This document shows positions 39,101-48,999 of a stretch of DNA of 64,000 nucleotides, piece by piece; the first letter of the stretch is position 1; every line of letters begins with the position of its first letter. Under the pieces are notes generated by a model. It was not told the origin of the DNA. It made no database searches and saw only the letters and a program-made list of their open reading frames with translations. Source of the stretch: Squalus acanthias (Eukaryota); assembly GCA_030390025.1 (NCBI GenBank), contig CM059434.1, positions 131,440,001-131,504,000 on the forward strand, in the 5' to 3' direction. The position numbers and the translations under genes are program-made.

Positions 39101-42100
39101 CCCTGGATTATTAAAACTGTGCCCCCTGGATTATTAAAACTGTGCCCCCTGGATTATTAAAACTGTGCCCCCCTGGATTATTAAAACACTGCCCCCTGGA
39201 TTATTAAAACTGTGCCCCCTGGATTATTAAAACTGTGCCCCCTGGATTATTAAAACTGTGCCCCCTGGATTATTAAAACTGTGCCCCCTGGATTATTAAA
39301 ACTGTGCCCCCTGGATTATTAAAACTGTGCCCCCTGGATTATTAAAACTGTGCCCCCTGGATTATTAAAACTGTGCCCCCTGGATTATTAAAACTGTGCC
39401 CCCTGGATTATTAAAACGGTGCCCCCTGGATTATTAAAACTGTGCCCCCTGGATTATTAAAACTGTGCCCCCTGGATTATTAAAACTGTGCCCCCTGGAT
39501 TATTAAAACTGTGCCCCCTGGATTATTAAAACAGTGCCCCCCTGGATTATTAAAACTGTGCCCTCTGGATTATTAAAACTGTGCCCCCCTGGATTATGAA
39601 AACTGTGCCCCCTGGATTATTAAACTGTGCCCCCTGGATTATTAAAACTGTGCCCCCTGGATTATTAAAACTGTGCCCCCCTGGATTATTAAAACTGTGC
39701 CCCCCTGGATTATTAAAACTGTGCCCCCTGGATTATTAAAACTGTGCCCCCTGGATTATTAAAACTGTGCCCCCCTGGATTATTAAAACTGGGGCCCCCT
39801 GGATTATTAAAACGGTGCCCCCCTGGATTATTAAAACACTGCCCCCTGGATTATTAAAACTGTGCCCCCTGGATTATTAAAACGGTGCCCCCCTGGATTA
39901 TTAAAACACTGCCCCCTGGATTATTAAAACTGTGCCCCCTGGATTATTAAAACACTGCCCCCTGGATTATTAAAACAGTGACCCCTGGATTATTAAAACA
40001 GTGCCCCCTGGATTATTAAAACTGTGCCCCCTGGATTATTAAAACGGTGCCCCCTGGATTATTAAAACGGTGCCCCCCCCTGGATTATGTGACCCTTTCC
40101 ATTTCAAGGAGGAACCAAAGGGATGAAAGGAAATGCTAAAGACCAACGTGTTTACTTTAAACTAATTTTCCTGATGGGAGAGGCCAGCTATTTTCCCCAA
40201 ATGCCTGTACATTCTACACCTTGGCCGGGATCTTACCCGAAGAGGCGTGTTGGGGGCGGGACTGCTGGTTTCCGGGTTCTAGTCCCGCCCCCAGTGACGT
40301 CTGACGACCTGACGCTAGTTTCCCCTGATTGGCCTTGTTAAGCCCGCCCTGCGGGCATGCCGGCCAATTAAGGGAAAGCCGCTGTCAGATGACGTCAGTG
40401 CAGGACGCTTCATCTGCCGGTTTTGTTAAAGTGACAGGCACCATAATTTTTTGACAGATGAATTGTCAGTGTTTGACAGCATTGAGGTGCTGTCAAACAC
40501 TGACAATCACTGTCGAAAGGTGAGCCCTTGTACCCAGACTCTCCAATGACTCTCTCCTTAGGAGAAAACAGATGGCAGCTGCATGTGAGATTGCAGAAGC
40601 CATCTGTCAATTCTCCTGATCAGATGAGGCTTCACAGAAACATCAAATCTTGTCACCTGCAGATACATATAAACAGAATAAAAATATTTCTCACTACATT
40701 CTCTCCTGTGTCATACTTACCTGTGCATCATTGCACCCTTCACACTACCTCTGCAGCTGTCATTTGCACAGTTACACTGCGGCAGACCTACAGCTCGCCT
40801 CGCTGACCCTGGCGGGGTTTCCCACCGTCGGGAAGGCCGCATCAGCAGGCGGAAAATGGGGAAAAGCCTCTTAACCACCTGTTAACAGGCAGTTAATTGG
40901 CTCTAATCCCCTCCTGCCTCTAGGAGACGGGTCCCTGCGCGAGTCGGGGACCCACCTCCCAGGAAGATGGTTCGGAGGGTGGTTGGGAGCGGGGTTGGCA
41001 CCCGCTCCCAATTTTTCCCATTTTCCCAGCAGACCCGCCTCATCAGGGAAGGTAAAATCCAGCCCCTAGTGTCTGTTTCTTGGTTCTATGCTCATGCTAA
41101 ATTATGGGGACAGTTATATTGGTTTAGTTTTCTATTATTCAGCATGCAATACCTATACAGAGAGTGACCATAGATGAATGTGCCACCTCCAGTATGTCTC
41201 TGACAATAGCTTACAACCTCGGGCCTTGACGCCCACCCCCCCCAGCCTTGTGACCCCTGACCCACCCTCCACTTAACTACACCTCTGCTTCTGATTGAGT
41301 GCTTTCCTCCAAGTGACTGCTCTTCATGGTAGGTACCTAGGTCACCACTGAATTGTTAAGGAGCATATGAATCCTTTACAAGCAGTTAAACTTATTACTA
41401 TCTATATACAGTTCATACTGAGTTATACTCAGTTACGTGGAGAGACGAGAGAAGATCAGATTGTTCTCCTTAGAACAGAGAAGGTTAAGGGGAGATTTAA
41501 TAGAGGTATTCAAAATATGAGGGGTTTCGAGAGAGTAAATGGGGAAAAACTATTTCCACTGGCAGGAGGGTCAGTAAGCAGAGGCCACAGATTGAAGGTA
41601 ATTGGCAAAAGAACCAGAGGGGAGATCAGATGAGAAGAATTTTTTTTTTACCCAGCGAGTTGTTATGATCTGGAATGCACTGCGTGAAAGGGCGGTGGAA
41701 GCAGATTCAACAGTAACTTTCAAAAAGGAATTGGATAAATACTTGAAGGGGAAAAATTGGCAGGGCTATGGGGAAAGGGCAGGGGAGTGGGACTATTTGT
41801 AATAGCCCTTTCATAGAGCCGGCACAGGCACGATGGGCTGAACGGCCTCCTTCTGCGGTGCATCATTCTATGATTGAATTCTCAAAACTTTAATTCAGGC
41901 GAGTTTGACGTTAAGATATTAACAACTGGTCTTACTCCATTACGAACCGCTCCTTAGACTACACTTGTGATTAACACATGGGGACATCAGAGCCTGGGTT
42001 TCGTTTTTTGCTGACAGTTGCAAAGCAAAACAAAAACTGTTTATCAATAATTTATTTATTTTCTTCAGTCAGAAGGCTGAAAATTCAGTTAAAAAGTCTC

Positions 42101-45100
42101 TTCACTTTTAGGGCTTAAGATTATTGTTTTATATAAAAATTCAGATACTCCATAAATGTTGACATTTTGAGCATTTTATGAGGTAACTTGCCTTTGCTCA
42201 TGTTCATTAAAGACTGATTAAAGTCAGCAACCTCAAACGCTTTAAGACAGGAACCAGCTGATGATGAGGATATCAGTGGGGGGAGGATGCCTGATGGTGT
42301 GAAAGAGACAATGCCTTGTTGGAGAAAGAGGCAGGAACGCGATGGGGTGGGTTCCAAAAGGATCTAAGGGCAGTTTGGGTCCAATTCTCCTGGGCCCCAC
42401 TCCCACAAGGTTGTCAGATCCTTACTGCTCGATACTCCCAGATCCCAAAAACATCCAAATCTCCCTCACCTCTTCCACGGTCCTGTTGGATCCAGCCAAT
42501 CGCCCCCCCCTACACCTTGCAGGATTCCTCCTCCCAGACCTGGGACTTCCTGTCAGTGCTCGCAAACCTGCAGAATGCATTCCAGTGCTCCCTGATCCAG
42601 GACCACCTCACTGCTCCTAAACCCTGGAACCTCGTTTCCCAATACACTCACATCTCAGGACCTCTCCTCCAGTTAACCCAGATCCCAGCACCTGCCTCAG
42701 TATTCCCAGAAGCCTGGGATACCTCCCAGTGCCATGACCCTAGGACCTGACTCAAAAATCTGCTAGACTCAGAGACCCCATCCCATCCCAGTATTGCCAG
42801 ACCTCAAACTCCCTTCCTAGTCACCCATTCATATCACAGGCGACCCCAAATGCCAATAAGAACATATGAACAGGAGTAGGCCTTTCAGCCTCTCAAACCC
42901 ACAGCATCCACAGCCTTTTGGGGGAACGAGTTCCAGATTTTCACTATTCTTTATGTGCAAAAGTGTGGAAAAGGTATTTCCTGATTTCACTCCTAAATGG
43001 CCTGGCTTTAATGTTAAGATGATGCTCTCTTGTTCTGGATTTCCCCACCAGAGGAAATAGTTTCTCTGTATCTACCCTATTGAATCCCTTCATCATTTAT
43101 ATACCTCGATTGCATCGACCCTCAACTTCTAAACTCAAGGGAATAATAAAATCAGTGTCTCTGATCATGCTGCTTGGCACCACACCTCTTGTTATAAAGC
43201 AGCCCCTTATTCTAAGACTATGTCCCCTAGTTCTCGTCTCACCCATCATCGGGAACATCCTCCCCGCATCCACCCGATCCAACCCCTTCACAATCTTATA
43301 TGTTTCAATAAGATCGCCTCTCATTCTTCTGAACTCCAATGAGTAGAGTCCCAATCTACCCAACCTCTCCTCATATGACCACCCCCTCATCCCCGGGATT
43401 AACCGAGTGAACCTTTTTTGCACTGCCTCGAGAGCAAGGATGTCTTTCCTTAAGTAAGGACACCAAAACTGTATGCAGTATTCCAGGTGCGGTCTCACCA
43501 ATACCTTGTACAACTGAAGCAATACCTCCCTATTTTTATATTCTATCCCCCTAGCAATGAAAGCCAACATTCCATTTGCCTTCTTAATCACTTGCTGCAC
43601 CTGCATACTAACCTTTTGAGTTTCGTGCACCAGGACCCCCAGATCCCTTTGCACTTCAGTACTCTCCAGTTTCTTGCCATTAAGATAATAAATTGCTCTA
43701 GGATTTTTCCTGCCAAAGTGCATCACCTCACACTTTCCAGTGTTGTATTCCATCTGCCAAATCTCTGCCCACTTACTTAGCCTGTCTATGTCCCCTTGCA
43801 GGTTTTTTATGTCCTCCTCACTCACTACTTTCCCTCCCATCTTTGTATCATCTGCAAATTTTGATATGTTACACTTGGTCCCTTCCTCCAAATCGTTAAT
43901 ATAGATTGTGAAGAGTTGGGGACCCAGCACTGACCCCTGTGGAACACCACTAGTTACTGATTGCCAGTCTGAGAATGAACCATTTATCCCAACTCTTTGC
44001 TTTCTGTTAGATAGCCAATCCTCTATCCATGCCAGAATATTACCCCCAATCCTGTGATTTTTTACCTTAAGCAATAATCTTTTGTGTGGCACCTTGTCAA
44101 ATGCCTTTTGGAAGTCTAAATACACTACGTCCACTGGTTCCCCTTTATCCACTCTATATGTTACTTCCTCAAAGAACTCCAGCAAATTTGTCAAACATGA
44201 CTTCCCCTTCGTAAAACCATACTGACTTTGTCCTATTAAATTATGATTATCCAAATGTCCTGTTACTGTTTCCTTAATAATGGACTCCAAAATTTTACCT
44301 ACCACAGATGTTAGGCTAACCGGTCTATAGTTACCAGCCTTCTGTCTACTGCCCTTTTTAAATAAGGGTGTTACATTAGCAGTTTTCCAGTCTGCCGGGA
44401 CCTTAGCGGAATCCAGGGAGTTTTGAAAAATTATTACCAATGCATCTACAATCCCTACCGCCACTTCCTTCAAGACTCTAGGATGTAAGCCATCAGGTCC
44501 AGGTGATTTATCCGCCTTGAGTCCCATTATTTTACCGAGTACCACTTCCTTAGTGATTTTGATCGTGTTTAACTCCTCTCCCCCTATAGCCCCCTGTTTG
44601 TCCAGTGTTGGGATATTCTTAGTGTCCTCTACTGTAAAGACTGATACAAAATATTCATTCAGTGTTTTTGCCATCTCCATATTTCCCACCATTAATTTCC
44701 CGGTCTCATCCTCTAAGGGACCAACATTTACTTTAGCCACCCTTTTTCTTTTTATATAACTATAAAAACTCTTACTATCTGTTTTTATATTTTTTGCTAA
44801 TTTACTTTCATAATCTATCTTCCCTTTCTTAATCAATCTTTTTGTTATTTTTTGCTGCCTTTTTAAGTTTTCCCAATCCTCTGTCCTCCCACTAGATTTC
44901 GCTACCTTATATGCCCTTGTTTTTAGTCGAATACTATCCTTAATTTCTTTACTTAGCCACGGATGACTGTCCTTTCTTTTACACCCTTTTCTTTTCAGTG
45001 GAATATATATTTTTTGGAAGTTGTAAAATAACTCCTTGAATGTACACCACTGATCATGTGTCGTCTTACCCTTTAATCTATTTTCCCAATCCACTCTACT

Positions 45101-45940
45101 CAATTCCGCTCGCATACCTTCATAGTCTCCTTTATTCAAGCTTAGCACGCTTGTTTGAGATCCAACCTTCTCACCCTCTAATTGAATATGGAATTCAACC
45201 ATGTTATGGTCACTCATTCCAAGGGGATCCTTTACTAGGACATTTTTAATTAATCCTGTCTCGTTACACAGGACCAGATCTAAGGTTGCTTGCCCCCTGG
45301 TCGGTTCAGTTACATACTGCTCAAGAAACCCATCCCTAATACACTCAATGAACTCATCCTCAAGGCAGCCCTGCCCCATTTGATTTGTCCAATTAATATG
45401 ATAGTTAAAATCCCCCATAATTATAGATGTTCCCTTATTACATGCCTCAACTATTTCCTGATTGATACTCCGTCCAATAGAGTTGCAACTGTTCGGAGGC
45501 CGATAGACTACGCCCACTAATGTTTTTTTCCCCTTATTATTCCTTATCTCCACCCAAACTGTTTCATTATCATGATTTTTTGACCCAATATCATTACTCT
45601 GTATTACAGTGATTCCTTCCTTTATTAACATAGCCACCCCACCTCCCCTTCCTTCCTGCCTGTCCTTCCTGATCGTTAAATAACCTGGTATGTTTAATTT
45701 CCAACTTACCAGAAGTAACACCAGAGGAAATCTGCTGGTACAAGTTTAATTTTAAAGACACACACTCGAAGGATTTGTAAATTATTTTATAAGGAAAATC
45801 AACTGACTTGAGGACTTAAAGAAGCAGAGATCAGACTCTGCACAGACATAAAGCTCCCGAGTAAAGAGATTACACTTACCAAGCACAGGGTATTGGAATA
45901 TTAGGATAGCAAATCGGATTGAGTATTTCAGAGACTCCAT
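11799..45940 (-). CDS. Spliced gene, 8 coding exons, predicted 977-aa type I membrane protein: signal peptide-IgV-TM-NACHT-LRR-helical C-cap (Ig-NLR hybrid)
   Basis: Exons 45880-45940, 29173-29520, 26665-26823, 25571-25606, 15926-17669, 13777-13863, 13504-13671, 11799-12129. All introns are GT-AG with phases 1,1,1,1,2,2,2. Lengths sum to 2934 nt, an open frame from ATG to TAA. Confidence 0.85.
13504..13671 (-). CDS. Coding exon 7: two RI-type LRRs (168 nt)
   Basis: IGTNALKSRGAQLLFEALKSNRSLKSLYLYHNEITDEDTEKMSQCLTHNETIETL. Bounded by ctttttag and gtaagt, phase 2-2. Confidence 0.92.
13777..13863 (-). CDS. Coding exon 6: one LRR (87 nt)
   Basis: VSSNKLTEESAKVFSDILKGKDCVVEKL. Bounded by ctgttgcag and gtaagt, phase 2-2. 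Confidence 0.9.
14805..15580. mobile_element. Two CR1 3' fragments in opposite orientation (minus 14805-15065, plus 15065-15580)
   Basis: ILRGIDRVDAERLFPLAGVSRTRGHSLRIRG, plus CR1 3' tails. Confidence 0.75.
15590..15900 (+). mobile_element. L2 LINE 3' end
   Basis: GRAFSPLAPKLCNSLP..FKMLLKTYLF; tail ggtgctatgtaaatgcaagt. Confidence 0.75.
15926..17669 (-). CDS. Coding exon 5: NACHT NTPase (NBD-HD1-WHD-HD2) and first LRRs
   Basis: Walker A GDVAAGKS, Walker B LIILDGLDEF, sensor-1 VLVTSR, WHD FEFYHVVLKEQFAALY, LRR VEELDLRLCALGDEG. Phase-1 acceptor ttttgctttcag is in frame; donor gtgagt. Confidence 0.95.
17705..18327 (-). mobile_element. L2 LINE 3' fragment
   Basis: TLIHAFVISRLDYSNAL..QNSAARVLT; GGRAFSCQGPKLWNSLP. 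Confidence 0.85.
20385..20422 (-). ncRNA. Inverted copy of the Penelope hammerhead (1-nt deletion in stem II)
   Basis: Minus strand reads cttacCTGAGGAaggagcgacagctcGAAAgcttgtaa. Confidence 0.55.
20708..22078 (+). CDS. Penelope RT plus GIY-YIG endonuclease (N-truncated)
   Basis: MDVSALYTNIP, TAMGTKFAP, RYIDDIF, NVVYLIRC..WYIGET..LRQRMNGHR, GLNRD. Confidence 0.9.
   Translation: MDVSALYTNIPHNDGIAATASVLNTNNSQSPDAILQLIRFILDHNVFTFDNHFFTQTHRTAMGTKFAPQYANIFMHKFEQDFFAAQDLQPTLYTRYIDDIFFLWTHGEGSLKGLHDSINRFHPTIKLTMDYSSESVSFLDTRISIKDGCLSTSLYRKPTDNLTMLHFSSFHPNHVKEAIPYGQALRIHRICSDEEERDGHLRTLKDALVRTGYDARLVDRQFRRATAKNRIDLLRRRTRDTTNRVPYVVQYFPGAEKLRHVLRSLQHVIDDDEHLAKAIPTPPLLAFKQPPNLKSTIVRSRLPIFQENSNQDTTQPCHGKLCKTCQIMDTDTISTREDTTHQVHGTYSCDSANVVYLIRCSKGCSRAWYIGETMQTLRQRMNGHRATIARQEGSLPVGEHFSSQGHSASDLRVSILQGGLRDTRQRKIIEQKLIAKFRTHEDGLNRDIGFMSRYRT
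22298..22338 (+). ncRNA. Minimal hammerhead ribozyme in the Penelope terminal repeat
   Basis: ttac-CTGAGGA-a-ggagc-gaca-gctcc-GAAA-gc-TT-gtaa. Confidence 0.7.
22850..23460 (+). mobile_element. CR1 3' fragment
   Basis: ERVQRRFTGMLPGMRDFSYVERLEKLELFSLEQRR; ttctatga tail. Confidence 0.8.
25030..25515 (-). mobile_element. CR1 3' fragment
   Basis: FSLEQRSLRGDLLEVFKIMKG. Confidence 0.75.
25571..25606 (-). CDS. Coding exon 4: 36-nt cytoplasmic microexon (K)TPLLSTDALLQ
   Basis: Acceptor ttttttttctctag, donor CAAG|gtaatg, phase 1-1, no stop codon. Confidence 0.75.
26665..26823 (-). CDS. Coding exon 3: stalk, transmembrane helix and basic stop-transfer
   Basis: ISVLIICVVLVGAVATGIGIW followed by KIKNRK. 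159-nt phase 1-1 exon bounded by cttcag and gtaagt. Confidence 0.88.
27950..28783. mobile_element. Non-autonomous DNA transposon (MITE), probably PIF/Harbinger
   Basis: TIRs gggctgggttttgtca ... tgacaaaatccagccc; aaa/taa flanks. Confidence 0.65.
29173..29520 (-). CDS. Coding exon 2: Ig V-set domain, B7/butyrophilin-like
   Basis: GEDVLLLATF..LVVNWQ..VVHSFY..YQDPAFRGRTELF..GNATLKLKGVTASDTGSYTCYV. 348-nt phase 1-1 exon bounded by ttctttag and gtgagc. Confidence 0.92.
30061..40088. repeat. ~10-kb minisatellite, 23-bp unit TGGATTATTAAAACTGTGCCCCC (~430 copies)
   Basis: Uninterrupted tandem array. Variation is in C-run length (4-9) and ACTGT/ACAGT/ACGGT/ACACT variants. Confidence 0.98.
40220..41066. 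mobile_element. MITE of the same family as 27950-28783, opposite orientation
   Basis: Ends in aaaatccagccc. 40870-40910 is the reverse complement of about 28108-28146. The left end is degenerate. Confidence 0.6.
41440..41875 (+). mobile_element. CR1 3' fragment
   Basis: FFTQRVVMIWNAL..FKKELDKYL..GYGERAGEWD. Confidence 0.8.
43195..45702 (-). mobile_element. CR1 LINE ORF2 (partial EN plus RT), open frame, truncated at both ends
   Basis: 874-aa ORF with GGGVAM, GVVYRPP, MGDFNY, SDHN, PGPDG and KFADDTK. Confidence 0.93.
45880..45940 (-). CDS. Coding exon 1: signal peptide MESLKYSIRFAILIFQYPVL(G)
   Basis: ATG at 45940. Phase-1 donor CTTG|gtaagt. An upstream acceptor (ttgatttacag) starts the exon at 45954. 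Hydrophobic leader continues GTAA-FS in the next exon. Confidence 0.75.
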
Positions 45941-46077
45941 CTTCGACTCTCAGCCTGTAAATCAAATATAAAATGGCAATAGTTACCCCACATTGTTTTT
46001 TGTGCATCCTCTCCAACAAGGGTTCATGAAAGACAACAAGCCAGAGAGTGTTTTACAAGCGAGAGGGGAAGAAAGAA

Positions 46078-46860
46078 TCATAGAATCATAGAAAGTTACA
46101 GCACGGAAGGAGGCCATTTCGGCCCATCGTGTCTGCGCCGGCCAACAAAGAGCTATCCAGCCTAATCCCACTTTCCAGCTCTTGGTCCGTAGCTCTGCAG
46201 GTTAGAGCATCCCAAGTGCACATCCAAGTACTTTTTAAATGTGGTTAGGGTTTCTGCCTCTACCACCCTTTCAGGCAGTGAGTTCCAGACCCCCACAACC
46301 CTCTGGGTGAAGAAATTTCCCCTCAAATCCCCTCTAAACCTTCCACCAATTATTTTAAATCTGTGGCCCCTGGTTTTTGACCCCTCTGCTAAGGGAAATA
46401 GGTCCTTTCTATCCACTTTATCTAGGTCCCTCAATTTTATACACCTCAATAAGGTCTCCCCTCAGCCTCCTCTGTTCCAAGGGGAAAAAAAACAGCCTAT
46501 CCAGTCTTTCCTCATAGCTAAGATTCTCTACTCCCGGCAACATCCTTGTAAATCTCCTCTGTACCCTCTCTAGTGCAATCACATCTTTCCTGTAATGTGG
46601 TGACCAGAACTGCACGCAGTACTCTAGCTGAGGCCTAACTAGTGTTTTATACAGTTGAAGCATAACCCCCCTGCTCTTGTATTCTATGCCACAGCTAATA
46701 AAGGCAAGCATTCCGGATGCCTTCTTAACCACCTTATCTACCTGGCCCGCTACCTTCAGGGATCTGTGGACATGCACTCCAAGATCCCTTTGTTCCTCCA
46801 CACTACTCAGTATCCTACCATTTAATGTGTATTCCCTTTCCTTGTTAGCCCTCCCCAAAG
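46078..46860 (-). mobile_element. CR1 3' fragment
   Basis: LVRPQLEYCVQFWSP..LERVQRRFTRMLPG. Confidence 0.85.
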
Positions 46861-47129
46861 AAGAGCCAGAGACTGTGCTGGAGAGAAAATGGAATAAATC
46901 AATGGTTAGGGAGGGGTAAAAGTTTGGTCAAAGAGAAGTGTTTTAAGGAGGCAACTGAAAGCAGAGAGGGAGGTGGAGGGATTTAGAGAGGAAGTTCCAC
47001 AAGACAGGGATGTGCACAGTGGCTGAAGGAACCACTGCCAATGACGGGTGGAGAACCAGGACTAGCTGGTGTTGGAGTAGCGGAGGATGCATGCCAGGAT
47101 GTACGGTTGGGGTTCACAGTGATAGGATA

Positions 47130-48779
47130 TGTAGAATTCGCAATATAATCGCGATTTTATAAATAAGGAGAAAACACATAGTTTCGTTCAAACAGCTTTA
47201 TTTCAGCAGAATGCTGTCAGGTTTTCAAAGTGGACACAAGCAGCCTGTAAAATGGCCGCCATGCCTCGTGGCAGAACATTCTAGACTTTTCGATAAGCAG
47301 ACAAGATGGCGTTCCAATAAACATTTGTGCGAGATCGGACAAGACTCAGCACATTTGAGATAAATCACAAGACCTAATGGGTTTGCATTTTACACATAAA
47401 TACTGGAATCGGTCTCCCAGGTGCGAATAAGGGCTATTGTACCAAGCGATCAAGAACCCATCCAAAGACATTAATATGCAAGATCCCCACGACTCTACGA
47501 TGAGAGAGCCGTTTGCGGGTAGTTACAGAAACATTTGGAAGCCCCAAAAGCCCTCCAGGGAGAATACTGACCGGTTACACAATGGGAGAAGTATTAACGG
47601 GTACTCAGACAGTTACAAGTATCACCGAAACCCATTAAACGGAGATCACCCTATACAAGAAATTTGAGTGCCAAAACCCTGACAAAAGAAAAGACATTAA
47701 GATTGGGCGGGAAAAGAGGAATCACAGCACTATAACTGTAAAGGTACAACCGTCCATCTGTCTCTTGACGCTGTCTCTTGACTCCTTGCTGCTCGACTTG
47801 CTAGAAGACTATCGAACTTTCTGATCCGCCAGGATCAGCCTCGTGGCTTGCCGCGAAGATCTGTGTGGAACCAGGCTGTGAAGCCTTGAAACGGGCACAC
47901 CATCCCGAGAAGTCGGTAAACGGTGTTGGAACCGAAGGCCCGAGATGAGATGAGATGAGATGAGATGAGAAGAGAAGAAGACGACCATACGTATCGCCAC
48001 GGTCAGTAAGCCCCGACCGCGCCTGTAGGTCGAATAGACACTTTCCTTGCCCAGGAAGACTATCTTTTGAGTTTTACAGAACTGGCATCGGAAGACCATT
48101 CTTCGAGTTTTATCGCATCGGGGCGAGGGCACAGGAAGACTATTTTTCGAGTCGTGTCAGAACTCCGAGGACAACACAGATCTTCATGACAGCAGACGGT
48201 CCAGCCTGCTAGCCAGAGCAGAAATGAGTAAACAAGTGGGGTACAGAGACCCCTAATCAACACGTGGGTGATCAGGTGCTGCGGTAAAAACATCCGAGCA
48301 GAGTTTTCGGAATTCTCCGAGTTATCACGAGTGGTGAGCATGAGTCTCGATCCTACAAATCTAGTTTAGAGCAGGTATTGATAGGGGAGGGTTTAAGTTT
48401 TAAGGATAACTGTAATGTGTGCCCCCATTTACGATGTGTCGTTCGTTCCTCGTTTCCCTAAAATTAGTTACATAACTGCGTGTAAGATTGTACTGTCATT
48501 AATCTGTGCTTATGACATGTATTTCGTAATCTTGAATAATATGCAATAAAGATTTTCCTTTTCGTACCATTCAACCGGGTCTACCTGAGTTTTCTCTCCA
48601 TTATTGCTCTCGCATCTAAGTCCAGTGTCAGAACCGTAAGGGCGAGTGGGTCGAACCACTCACAGGTGTCTAGTGCTCCCAGACTGGCTGGAGACCAGAA
48701 CAGGCAACAAGGCCTAACCTCGCACTAGCACCCAGGCTGAGCACAGAGCCACGGGCGTTGCCACACAAAAACCCTTACA
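47130..48779 (+). mobile_element. Solo LTR (1.65 kb)
   Basis: TGTA...TACA termini, 4-bp TSD GATA, TATAA at 47731 and AATAAA at 48545. Confidence 0.75.
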
Positions 48780-48999
48780 GATATGACAAGGCCATGTAGG
48801 GATTTGAAAGCAATGATGAGCATCTTATCATTGATCCACTGGAGTATGAGAAGCTCATGGTACTAGATAAGGACGGGAGATAATGTAAGAGTGGGACTCT
48901 GTACAGGAAAGGACATGGACCATAGTATTTTGGAACTGTTGTAGTGGCCCATGAATTCAGCCACACAGTGCCTGTTGTTTGGGTGTTAAGCGGCCGACT

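Noticed and set aside
30061-40088. CRISPR array, or coding repeats (PPWIIKTV ORFs)
   Set aside because: There are no unique spacers and no cas genes, and the context is eukaryotic. The ORFs arise from C-run frame slips.
30061-40088. Array of V(D)J recombination signals (CACAGT on the minus strand) near an Ig V exon
   Set aside because: The heptamer is CACAGTT with no ACAAAAACC-like nonamer at 12 or 23 bp. The V exon already contains its G strand and ends in a splice donor.
45700-45740. Splice donor ctg|gtaagt at the CR1 5' junction as an extra exon
   Set aside because: No convincing upstream acceptor or frame, and it is not needed for the gene model.
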